A stretch of 64,000 nt of DNA from assembly GCA_037310415.1 (NCBI GenBank), contig CP147780.1, forward strand, positions 1,952,001-2,016,000. The letters are read 5' to 3'. The position numbers and the translations under genes were made by a program. The DNA comes from Candidatus Atabeyarchaeum deiterrae. Lineage in GTDB: Archaea; Asgardarchaeota; Atabeyarchaeia; Atabeyarchaeales; Atabeyarchaeaceae. The notes under the pieces were generated by a model. That model did not search any database. It worked only from the letters and a program-made list of their open reading frames with translations, and was not told the origin of the DNA. Below are positions 39,573 to 48,725 of this stretch, in pieces; position 1 is the first letter of the stretch, and the number at the start of each line of letters is the position of its first letter.

Positions 39573-40598
39573 ACGCCACACCTGGTCGTAAGTGGACTAG
39601 TACATGATTGGGCTTTCGATGTTGAGCCCTTGAACGTTGTCTCTGCAAATGACATGTACGTGGCGTTGGATAAGAAACATATCATCAAGATAGTGGACAC
39701 GGAATACATAACTCACTTCAGAGGGATATCCAACTACTTCAACCCAAGGCTCACAAGGATCAAGAATAACGTCATAACCATTGCTCAATCCAAAGGTTTT
39801 GATGTGGACTGCTTTCGGGGGGCAGTGAATTCGTGGGAGAAAGCGTTTCCCATAGATTATGGTCCTGCCCGACTAGATGGCGCGAGAAAAGATGCTGGAA
39901 TAGTCAGCAACTTCCTCTCTGGTCATACCCTAAGCAGGTCACTCGCAGCAGGCCTGAAGCTTGGCAAAGATGAAGTAAAGAACATCATCAGGAAGCTCCT
40001 CTACGAAGTAGCGATTATTCACATGAATGATATCGTACACATGGATCTTACGCCTGGAAACATTATTCTCGCCGAAAACAAACGCGACATATACATAATA
40101 GATTGGGACATAGCGCAGATAAGTGACTCCGATATAACTCAAATGATGATCTCATTTCCCGCCGAAACAATGATTCCCCTACCACCCGGCTTCGACCCTG
40201 GGAAAACTCGGAGAGCGCCAAACACGTTCTTCGACATCTGGTATCTTCCTGTGGACATACTAGCAATAATAGCCACATTCGATCGAGATATGAACAAGCT
40301 CTTCGGCGGCGAAATTCCGTCTCCAATGTTCTTTGTTGATTTTCCAACACCAGAAAAACTGCTCGAACTCAGACAATTGCTACAGAATGACAAAAAATCA
40401 AGGAAAAGATGGCCCCCAGACTATGACAAGTTGAAGGGCTATAGATTCTTCCGAAAAGAGGTCAAACGAGACCATCTAGATCATTTCAATGAGTATGTTA
40501 GTAGGTATCTCGACCCTGAGCTATTCCACCACGTTTATCTGGATGCCGCTGATGGTAAGAAGCATCCTACTGCTGATGGTCTTAACAGATTTATCTGA
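39573..40598 (+). CDS. atypical Ser/Thr protein kinase 1 (track start TTG 39630; homology extends to ACG 39573)
   Basis: IIKIVD, HMDLTPGNIIL, IIDWD, FDIWY. Confidence 0.82.
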   Translation, partial: TPHLVVSGLVHDWAFDVEPLNVVSANDMYVALDKKHIIKIVDTEYITHFRGISNYFNPRLTRIKNNVITIAQSKGFDVDCFRGAVNSWEKAFPIDYGPARLDGARKDAGIVSNFLSGHTLSRSLAAGLKLGKDEVKNIIRKLLYEVAIIHMNDIVHMDLTPGNIILAENKRDIYIIDWDIAQISDSDITQMMISFPAETMIPLPPGFDPGKTRRAPNTFFDIWYLPVDILAIIATFDRDMNKLFGGEIPSPMFFVDFPTPEKLLELRQLLQNDKKSRKRWPPDYDKLKGYRFFRKEVKRDHLDHFNEYVSRYLDPELFHHVYLDAADGKKHPTADGLNRFI

Positions 40599-40687
40599 AA
40601 GGAATCGTCAATTCGAAATTCGAACTCATGTGATCAATGTTGACTCAAACCATGTTTCCAACACACAAAAGGTAGGAGTGTGATTTA

Positions 40688-41545
40688 TTGCCCGAAGAGG
40701 TCAAAAACGTCCCATCAGAAGTTAAGAATGTCTCGACAGAAGAGAGAAACGTATCTGCTGTGCCGCCACCAACTCGATCATTGGTTCAATTGGTTGTCTT
40801 TGTTCTGGACGGATCAAAAAGCATGGACTGGAGCATTAACAACAAATCAAAATCCAATATGGTCAAGGAAACACTGAGAAGCATTGTGCGCTATTTCAAG
40901 GACGAAGAACACTGGAAAAAAGAGACCGATACACGCGGCCCTGGAGAAAACATTTTCGTTCAAGTCATAGCATTCGACACGGAAGTTGTAAAGTACTTCG
41001 ATGACTTCGTGAGAATGATCGAGTTACCTGAAGATGCAGTACTATCGCCAACAGAGAAGATTAGGAAGACACTGAAGCGAACCAACAAAGGAACCACTAT
41101 CTCAGTCGGATTGCGCTCAGCCTGGGACTCAATTGGAGACTTCATCAGGAAACGGGAACTCGACATAAACAGAATCTACAGGCCAACAATCATTCTATTG
41201 AGTGACGGATGCACGAACAAAAGCGACCGACAACCACTGCTGGAACTATCCGAAGAATTACTGAAGTTGTACCAGATCTTCGTGATCGAGTTTGGCGAAT
41301 CGGGGCAACAGCCAGAGACTGCCGACTTCCATCGCCAGTCCTGCCCAGAGATATTGGCGAAAGTAGCGAGTCCCTTGGATCCAGGATTGCTTCAGAAGAT
41401 CAAGAGAGTCGGTCAGAGAGTTGACTCAGTGGTAAAAGTAGAGGAGCTCTTCCAAGGCAACAGAGGATACATAAGAACCCTGAATGAAAAGCATCTGCGC
41501 GTTATCTTCATAACCATGACGACACTCGCGATGGTGAAGAAGTAG
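40688..41545 (+). CDS. TerY-like vWA protein 2
   Basis: VLDGSKSM, KGTT, YRPTIILLSDG; GGAGTG site upstream. Confidence 0.85.
   Translation: MPEEVKNVPSEVKNVSTEERNVSAVPPPTRSLVQLVVFVLDGSKSMDWSINNKSKSNMVKETLRSIVRYFKDEEHWKKETDTRGPGENIFVQVIAFDTEVVKYFDDFVRMIELPEDAVLSPTEKIRKTLKRTNKGTTISVGLRSAWDSIGDFIRKRELDINRIYRPTIILLSDGCTNKSDRQPLLELSEELLKLYQIFVIEFGESGQQPETADFHRQSCPEILAKVASPLDPGLLQKIKRVGQRVDSVVKVEELFQGNRGYIRTLNEKHLRVIFITMTTLAMVKK
40691..40753 (+). repeat. three imperfect 21-bp coding tandem repeats (PEEVKNV/PSEVKNV/STEERNV)
   Basis: Visible in both DNA and protein at the vWA2 N-terminus. Confidence 0.75.
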
Positions 41546-41651
41546 AGGACAAGAAGGTGCCTCACGAAAGTCGACGAGAGAGATGTCTCGCAAAGCAAAT
41601 ACACTGAAACTATTTGATAAATGATCCTGACCCACCGTGATAGTGATAGAC

Positions 41652-42701
41652 ATGACTCGATTGCTAGTGCAGGGGATACAAGAGCAAAGATCCTTTGACG
41701 TTAAGCCACTATCCGTGGACTCGACTTACCCTATCTATGTCACAAATGATGAGAAATACGTAATAAAAATAGTTGATGCTAGTCCCATCGACCATTTTGC
41801 CAAGTTGTTCCACTATTTCCATGAGCGGTTTGAAGACGTCAAGAAACATATGACGATAGATGCTCGGAAAAAAGGCTATCCAGTGAACACGATTGACTGC
41901 CTCGGATATGCACTAACATCCATGTGGAGAGCATTCCCTTTTGACTTTGGAAAAGCATCACTCGGCAGTGACAAGAAAGTCGGTTGGGGAATAATCAGCA
42001 ACTACCTTGACGGCATTCAGTTGAACAAAGGTCTAGAGCTTGATCTCAGCCTCGATGTTGAGGATGTGAAGCGCACCATCAGGAGATTACTTTGCGAAGT
42101 CGCCGTAATTCATGCCATCGGAATTGTCCACATGGACATCACGCCACCAAACATCATTCTAAACGCTAATCAAAGAGAGGCCTATATTGTCGACTGGGAT
42201 TTGGCACAGATAAGCGGGTCTGAACTCTTAACGGTGACCGTCGCTTATCCATATGAACAATCCATCCCGCTCCCACCAGGATTCGACCCAAGATTTGCCG
42301 ATGCTACACCTCACACCTTCTTTGACGTATGGTATCTTCCCGTCGACATACTAAACATCATAGCAATCTTCGACCAAGACATGAGACAACTGTTCGGCGG
42401 AAATAGACCATATCCCATGTTTTTCATCAAGTTTCCAACGATAGACAAACTCCGAGGGTTGAAAGCCCATCTCAAGAAAAAGAAGTCTAGAGAAACATGG
42501 CCCCCAGACTATGACGCCGTGAAGGACTACGAGTACTACGATGAGAATGTCACAAAAGAACATCTAGATCGGTTCCGAGAAACACTCAGCAAGTACGTAG
42601 ACCCAGCGCTATTCTACGGAGTCTACTTAGATGCCCTCGACGATCGAAAGCGTCTCAGCGCAATCGACCTCCTAAACCTTCTAGCGGACAATCCGCGCTA
42701 G
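41652..42701 (+). CDS. atypical Ser/Thr protein kinase 2, paralog of kinase 1 (track start GTG 41637)
   Basis: VIKIVD, HMDITPPNIIL, IVDWD, FDVWY. Confidence 0.85.
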   Translation: MTRLLVQGIQEQRSFDVKPLSVDSTYPIYVTNDEKYVIKIVDASPIDHFAKLFHYFHERFEDVKKHMTIDARKKGYPVNTIDCLGYALTSMWRAFPFDFGKASLGSDKKVGWGIISNYLDGIQLNKGLELDLSLDVEDVKRTIRRLLCEVAVIHAIGIVHMDITPPNIILNANQREAYIVDWDLAQISGSELLTVTVAYPYEQSIPLPPGFDPRFADATPHTFFDVWYLPVDILNIIAIFDQDMRQLFGGNRPYPMFFIKFPTIDKLRGLKAHLKKKKSRETWPPDYDAVKDYEYYDENVTKEHLDRFRETLSKYVDPALFYGVYLDALDDRKRLSAIDLLNLLADNPR

Positions 42702-42808
42702 CCAACTCGGTTGAATTTCCCAGAAGTAAGACTAATACCACACTTCCACTTATTCAGCTGCTATCGCAACCTAGGCGAGCTCCACCCGCATGCAAAAGGC
42801 GAAACACC

Positions 42809-43597
42809 TTGCTACAACCAATCAGACCCAAACTTGCTATTATCCAGCCAGTTGTTTTCGTTCTAGACGGGTCAGTAAGCATGGACTGGCATGTGGGCGC
42901 AAAGAGCAAGTCCAACTTGGTGAGAGACACACTGAGGTTTATCGTCAACTACTTCAAGAGTGGAGAACGAAGCAAAAGGGAAGGCGACTTCTCGGGAGAT
43001 TACATATACATCCAAATAATCGCATTTGACGTCCAACCAGTGAAGTATTTTGATGATTTTGTCAGAATATCTGACTTGAATGAAGATGAAATACCGTCCC
43101 CTACTGACAAGATAAGGAGTACGTTGAAACGATCCAATAAGGGGACACTCATCTCACTGGGATTGCAGTCAGCCAGAGAATCAATAGAATCCTTCATCAT
43201 CAAGAATGAACTCGATTTGAGGCAGATCTACAAGACGGCGATAATCTTGCTGAGCGATGGTTGCACAAACAAGGAAGACGTCAAGCGGTTGGAAGATATT
43301 TCGAAGGAGATTAACGCACTGTACAACGTTTTTGTTATCGAATTCGGCGAACCCACTTTCATAGCAGGCTCAAGTAGATTCCATCGTCACTCATGCCCAG
43401 AAACTCTGCAAAAAGTGGCTAGTCAAGTCAACTCTGAGCTTCGTCGAAAATACCGTAATGTCGCGCGACGGTTCGAGTTGGCAGTAAATGTGGACGAGTT
43501 TTTCATAAACGACAGACTATACATCAGGACCCTAGATGAAAAGCATCTGCCAGTGATCTTCATTACCATGTCGACCATCAAGAAAGTCATAAGTTGA
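42809..43597 (+). CDS. TerY-like vWA protein 3, close paralog of vWA2
   Basis: VLDGSVSM, KGTL, IILLSDG. Confidence 0.85.
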   Translation: MLQPIRPKLAIIQPVVFVLDGSVSMDWHVGAKSKSNLVRDTLRFIVNYFKSGERSKREGDFSGDYIYIQIIAFDVQPVKYFDDFVRISDLNEDEIPSPTDKIRSTLKRSNKGTLISLGLQSARESIESFIIKNELDLRQIYKTAIILLSDGCTNKEDVKRLEDISKEINALYNVFVIEFGEPTFIAGSSRFHRHSCPETLQKVASQVNSELRRKYRNVARRFELAVNVDEFFINDRLYIRTLDEKHLPVIFITMSTIKKVIS

Positions 43598-43645
43598 CGG
43601 GCGAAAGAGCGCACATGGTGGGTTGGGGAAGGCGAGTGGCAAGTA

Positions 43646-43810
43646 ATGACGGGTATCAGCAAACGTTCCATAGAGAAAGCTAAACTCGACATCAACTACC
43701 TCAAGAGGCAAGCAACCAAGGACAAGGTCAACTCAAAACTTGGGAGACTGCTGGGTTCCATCGAGGAACCACACGCGAAACGGAGACCTTTCCACGAACC
43801 GCAAACCTGA
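43646..43810 (+). CDS. possible 54-aa basic hypothetical protein
   Basis: Translated by hand: MTGISKRSIEKAKLDINYLKRQ...PQT*; co-oriented after vWA3. Confidence 0.3.
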   Translation: MTGISKRSIEKAKLDINYLKRQATKDKVNSKLGRLLGSIEEPHAKRRPFHEPQT

Positions 43811-43970
43811 GTGAGAAAAGGCTTCAAACTGGAAGACAGATACTTGCGACCTCTTTGCTGTCAACGATTAACCTCCGACTCCTAACCCAAAAACAACAAT
43901 GGTCGGAGGGCACTCACACAGGTGGCCAGCGGTTTCGACTCTCCGTCGATCATACTCTCCTAGGAGACAA

Positions 43971-44297
43971 TCACTTGAGTCCCCCAAGAAGCGTATCAAA
44001 CATCTGTTGAGTTCTTGTGGCTTTAATGCAGCAATACTCATCTCTTGAACCCGCTTGAACTGCTACCGGACAGCTTCTGCAGACGCATCCCTTCTCGTTT
44101 TTGATTTTCGTGCTTCTTACGTTAATTGCGCAAAAGTTCTCCCGATCCTCACCCGTTCCCTTGTACGTGGGACATCTAGGACAGTCGCACGTCACACCAT
44201 TTTGCCCGGGCGGATTCCATGGCTTTGCCTGAATAATCTTTTTCTTATCTTTTTCAGACATGGGCTTCATGTTCCCGCGTTCCTCCGCCGAATTCAT
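43971..44297 (-). CDS. DUF2769-like Cys-rich (Fe-S/Zn) protein
   Basis: CDCPRCPTY...FC...GCVCRSCPV...YCC. Confidence 0.8.
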   Translation of the reverse strand: MNSAEERGNMKPMSEKDKKKIIQAKPWNPPGQNGVTCDCPRCPTYKGTGEDRENFCAINVRSTKIKNEKGCVCRSCPVAVQAGSRDEYCCIKATRTQQMFDTLLGGLK

Positions 44298-44657
44298 CAG
44301 TAATCACATCCAAGAAGCAGACTGATCCCTTATCGCGCCTCAAATTCTATCACTATCCCTTCTTCTTCATCAAAGCGGTCTTTCCCTTGATATCGTATTT
44401 ATAGGTTTCCGTACGACGCATTCCCAAGAGAAGAGAAATGAGAGTAGCCTGTCGAATCTCATCGTGTTCCGATTTTCTTGAACGATGCTTTGCTCACCCT
44501 TTCCGTCGATGATTGCTTCTGTGAGAATTTGGGCGAACAATCGATGGGCCCTGTTCCAAACTCGTTGACTTCACAGTCCTTTTGCCTGCGAACGCTCCTA
44601 GAAACTTTATTATGCGAGCACAACACAAACCTGCACACACTGTCTTTCAATACTAAA

Positions 44658-45395
44658 ATGTGGATTACACCTGGAAAGGAGTTGGAACGCTTGAGAATAA
44701 AACGCATAGTCGATATGACCAAGATTATAGACACGAAGGACCCCAACTGGCAGAAAGATGAACAATGGGGAGCCCAAGAACGAGACAAGCTGATCAAAGT
44801 CGACCCCTATATATACGTCCCAGACCGCTGCCTCGTAGAAGACATAACCATGTGGAGCCACCTGGGAACTCACATCGAGTCACCCTACCACCAGTACCTG
44901 CTGAAGGGTGGCAAGTCCATCGGTGAACTACCCGTCGACACGTTCGCAGGTGAGGGCATCGTCATCAACATGAGCTACATTGGCATGGAGGAAGACATGG
45001 ACAAGGTAAGGGAAAGGGCAGAAAGGATGGGAGTCACCGGAAAACTCATAACGGAAGACGACATGAAGCCCCTGGACAAGAAGATAAAGAAAGGCGACAT
45101 AGTTTTCTTCTACACTGACTGGGAGATACCCGACATTCCCCTCATCGGAAGCGGTGCAGCCCACTGGCTCGTGGACAAAGGCGTCAAGTGCGTCGGAGTC
45201 TCAGAACAGGGCATAATAATGTCATTCGGAGGACACTCGACACTTCTCGAGAATGGAATTCCGATGGTCGAAGACTACATCAACTGTGATCAAGTTGTGG
45301 ACAAGCGACTATTCCTCGTCTGCGCCCCCCTGAGGATCATTGGGCTCGGCGCCACGCCATGCAGGGCCTTTGCAATCGAGTTCGAAGAGAAGTAA
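44658..45395 (+). CDS. cyclase/kynurenine formamidase family metal hydrolase (start uncertain, 44658-44691)
   Basis: HLGTHIESPYH, GD.V..YT.W, H..LL..GI..VE, PL.I.G..ATPCRA. Confidence 0.88.
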   Translation: MWITPGKELERLRIKRIVDMTKIIDTKDPNWQKDEQWGAQERDKLIKVDPYIYVPDRCLVEDITMWSHLGTHIESPYHQYLLKGGKSIGELPVDTFAGEGIVINMSYIGMEEDMDKVRERAERMGVTGKLITEDDMKPLDKKIKKGDIVFFYTDWEIPDIPLIGSGAAHWLVDKGVKCVGVSEQGIIMSFGGHSTLLENGIPMVEDYINCDQVVDKRLFLVCAPLRIIGLGATPCRAFAIEFEEK

Positions 45396-45425
45396 AGACA
45401 TTCACAGATTCGCGACTTGCCAAAT

Positions 45426-45633
45426 GGATCGAAGTTGCCTCTCCTGATAGCCTGAGTATAGGTCAAATGTGAAAAGAGCGCGCTCGGCGTCAACACAAGA
45501 TTGGCGCGCGCCCACAAGCGGAGGCAACGATGCCGGAGTTAGGTCTCATGATCAGCGGTGGACGCCGAGGAGATGAGCCTCGGGCTAGAGGGCGTAGAGT
45601 TAACCCTCCACCACCACAAGCATTAGGTTGGTG
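45426..45633. ncRNA. candidate structured RNA element (unassigned)
   Basis: GC-rich intergenic stretch with nested stems: 45434-41/45521-28, 45487-93/45501-07, 45565-70/45578-83, 45588-92/45604-08, 45557-60/45609-12. Confidence 0.35.
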
Positions 45634-45771
45634 ACGACAAACTAGGAAGCGCTGACAATCATGTTAACGAAGTCAGTGATGTTGACAAAGCAAATGTTTC
45701 CTAGGAACTCTACACAAAGATAATAATGAAGACAGATCAATAGTCTTGTCGTGTGGAGGAGATACTGACCG

Positions 45772-45957
45772 TTGAGGCGAACTCGAGTGTCGCGCTCGAA
45801 ATCGGCGCACAACAAGGAACAGGAGTTGCTGCAGGAGGCCATAATGCTCCGCGCAATAGGTCCAGCCGAGTCTCTGAGGATCGTATCTGAGTTGACCGAC
45901 TTTGCAATCAAGATGAACAAGGTGACTGAAAATAGTGCAGAAGAAAAGAACCATTGA
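45772..45957 (+). CDS. small putative antitoxin/partner of the downstream nucleotidyltransferase
   Basis: 61 aa, LRAIGPAESLRIVSEL; overlaps the next gene. Confidence 0.5.
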   Translation: MRRTRVSRSKSAHNKEQELLQEAIMLRAIGPAESLRIVSELTDFAIKMNKVTENSAEEKNH

Positions 45958-46525
45958 AGACTTGGTGAAGGAACTTGCAGTGACTCTAAGCCAGCTCGGA
46001 ATGGATTACGCGATTGTCGGTGGAATCGCAGCGACCAGTTGGGGAAATGTGAGGACAACACTGGACATCGACGTCGTCATGAATATCAAAGTTGAAGATG
46101 CACCAGGTCTAGCTAGTGCACTAAGGGAACGGGGCTTCTCACTTACAGAGAACGACATTATAATGGCTCTCAAAGAGAAGTCACACTTCACCGCGCATGA
46201 CGAAAAGTCACTTCTCCGTATCGACGCAAAGGGAGCATATGGGCAGAGAGAGCTTGAAACCTTACGCACCAAGAGGAAGATCCTCATCGAAGAGACTGAG
46301 ATCTACCTGGCATCTCCTGAAGATATGATCGCCAACAAACTTCTCTCGGGAAGCGAACAGGACATACGGGACGCTGAAGGCATGTACGCTAGGCAATTCC
46401 AGCACATTGACATGAATGGTCTGAGGAGCGCTGCAAGGAAGTTAGGCGTGTCGGCGCAGCTGAACAAGATGGAGAACAGAATCAGAAAAAGGATAAACGA
46501 TCTGTCCTCCAAGCGCCGAGCATGA
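45935..46525 (+). CDS. DUF6036/AbiEii-like nucleotidyltransferase
   Basis: VGGIA...WG..RTT.DIDV, SPED.IA.KL, D..DA. Confidence 0.85.
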   Translation: MQKKRTIEDLVKELAVTLSQLGMDYAIVGGIAATSWGNVRTTLDIDVVMNIKVEDAPGLASALRERGFSLTENDIIMALKEKSHFTAHDEKSLLRIDAKGAYGQRELETLRTKRKILIEETEIYLASPEDMIANKLLSGSEQDIRDAEGMYARQFQHIDMNGLRSAARKLGVSAQLNKMENRIRKRINDLSSKRRA

Positions 46526-46578
46526 CAAGAAGCGAAACTTACATGCACGGAAGACGTAACCCCTAACAGCGAAGGAAC

Positions 46579-46758
46579 TTGTTAACACGAGACAAGCATT
46601 ATACGTTGATGAGGATCAGTGAAAAACAAAGGGCTTCTGTCAACAAGACTCAACTCATGAGAGAGACCCTCACCCGATATATGGAAAGCTCAACTGCCCG
46701 TATGAACTTCTTGCGGCGCGCACAGAAGGAAGTGCCGGTACATGACACGATGATCTAG
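46579..46758 (+). pseudogene. possible ribbon-helix-helix protein or relic
   Basis: Translated by hand: LTRDKHYTLMRISEKQRASVNKTQLMRETLTRYME. Confidence 0.3.
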
Positions 46759-47019
46759 GCAATTACTTCCTGAAGCCGCAAGACAGGCAACCCAGGAAGA
46801 GACACCTGTCACCGTAACAGGTGAAGTACTAAGGACCATTAGACTCCTCAACTTCACGTCGGCTGTCGGCACCTAGCGAGATCGATTCTCGGTATCGATC
46901 ACAATCGGTAAATAAAAAGATCACAATACGGTGAAGCATCAATAGCTGAAAAGTGATGAGAAACATGAGAAAAAGCGAATCTCTTAGGATTTCCTCGCTA
47001 CTACAACACAACTGCACCG

Positions 47020-47409
47020 ATGTACAGAAATGTCGCGATATCCTCAGACGCATCAGGGATCGTCTGCGGCAATTATGCAACTCCTGATAGCACGAGCACT
47101 GTCCTGTTCTTTTCTAAAACTCTGGGATTCGTCGGGAACTGCACTGTCGGCCGAGGAATAGGCGGGTCACCGGGTGACAGTGGTCTCAGCGTGGGAATCT
47201 CTGGCAATGGCACCATCTCAGCCTATGGCGGAGCAGGGGCCAAGATCTTCGTGTTTCGATACAACATTCTCCAAGCACCTTCGACACCTGACAGTTCATG
47301 GGTCATCATCGTCATCGTGGCGATAGTCGGGATAGGCGCAGTTTTGGCGATAGTCGCTGCAGTTTTGATGATGAAGAGAGGCGGCAAGGGCACGAGTCGC
47401 AGAAAGTGA
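47020..47409 (+). pseudogene. C-terminal fragment of a surface (beta-propeller-like) protein with TM anchor
   Basis: VAISSDA / VGISGNG strands, C-terminal TM and basic tail, no signal peptide. Confidence 0.5.
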
Positions 47410-47633
47410 GTGAAGAACTGAGCAGACACAGGTCACACCTTACCTGAGAAACTTGACAAACACCCTTCCTTCTTTTTCTTGGACGCCGAAGAGCCTCCGA
47501 GCGATATCTGACATTAATAGAGCATCTCATACATACCACCAAAACATCTTCGGAATCGGTTTTCCCGCTTGAACGAAGACCTTAAGTGCATCAGAACCAT
47601 CTTGGCTCGTAGAATTATCTGAAGGTAAGAAAT

Positions 47634-47987
47634 ATGGGAAATGCTATAGTTCATTTTGAAATACCTGTAACTGACCTGGAAAAGGCAAAGACCTTCTATT
47701 CTAAGTTGTTCGGATGGAAAGTTGATCTAATGCCAGAAGCCAACTACGCTCTTTTCGACACGGGCACACCGCCCAACGGAGGCTTCAACAAGGTCGCCAA
47801 AATAGGAACCGGCGGATGCATGATGTACATTCACGCTGACGACATCGAAAAGAAACTCAAAGAGATTGAGAAAGCCGGTGGCAAGACTGTAATGAAAAAG
47901 ACGGAGATTCCACAGTTTGGCTGGAATGCATCATTCAAAGATATCTTCGGCAACGTCTTAGGCCTATTCACACCAACTATGAAATAG
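47634..47987 (+). CDS. VOC/glyoxalase family protein
   Basis: IVHFEI...D.EKA..FY..LFGW, FKD..GN..GL. Confidence 0.92.
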   Translation: MGNAIVHFEIPVTDLEKAKTFYSKLFGWKVDLMPEANYALFDTGTPPNGGFNKVAKIGTGGCMMYIHADDIEKKLKEIEKAGGKTVMKKTEIPQFGWNASFKDIFGNVLGLFTPTMK

Positions 47988-48173
47988 AGCCCTCACAAAA
48001 CCAACTATGAGAAAAAGTCAGAGATCTGCCCTTCCAGTCGCGGCAGCGATCGTGCAACCTTCTGGCAGAGTGTTTGGTATACATCTACAACGCTGACGTA
48101 TACATTTATTGGAAGAGTCAGCCCCTTCTTGCTGATCTCATAAGCAGGAACAGAGGAAGGAACTTCTCCAACC

Positions 48174-48725
48174 CTATCTCCTGATCTTTCTTATCAGCTT
48201 CATCATCTCTCTCATGTAAGCTGGGAGATCCATAGGATACCGAGAAGTGACCAAATTGCCATCCACTACGACTTCAGCGTCCACGTACTCCGCCCCCGCT
48301 TTCTTGATCTCGTCTGGTACACCATCTCCCCAGAAGCCTGTTGCCTTTCTGCCCTTGAGTAAGCCCGCAGAGATGAGTGTGTATGGTCCGTGGCAGATTG
48401 CGCAGACTGGCTTGTGCTTGGCAAAGAAAGCCTTAGCTATTGCTTGGGCTTTGGGACTCTTTCGAACTGTTGTTGGCGCTCCAACGGGTGAGCCTCCAGG
48501 GAGTAAGAGAATATCGTAGTCGTCTGGGTTGATGTCGTCAAACGTCATGTTCACATTCAGACGATAGCCGTTTTCGCCCTCGATTTCTCCCTTGGTGGGC
48601 GCTGCGATGTCCACGCCTACTCCTTCTTCAATCAAGCGGAAATATGGGAAGAAAAGCTCCATGTCCTCGAACTTGTCTGCAGTTAGGATAACTGCTCTAA
48701 TCTCTTTGCTGCTTTCTTTCGGCAT
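48174..48725 (-). CDS. pfpI: PfpI/DJ-1 family protease/deglycase
   Basis: FEDME, LPGG, AICHGP, VVVDGNLVTSR.P.DL. Confidence 0.92.
   Translation of the reverse strand: MPKESSKEIRAVILTADKFEDMELFFPYFRLIEEGVGVDIAAPTKGEIEGENGYRLNVNMTFDDINPDDYDILLLPGGSPVGAPTTVRKSPKAQAIAKAFFAKHKPVCAICHGPYTLISAGLLKGRKATGFWGDGVPDEIKKAGAEYVDAEVVVDGNLVTSRYPMDLPAYMREMMKLIRKIRR

Noticed and set aside
37288-43597. Tellurite-resistance operon
   Set aside because: No terZABCD-type genes are present; only the vWA/phosphatase/kinase module.
45443-45475. Hammerhead ribozyme suggested by CTGAT...hairpin...GAAA
   Set aside because: The core reads CTGATAG rather than CTGANGA, and the spacing to GAAA is wrong.
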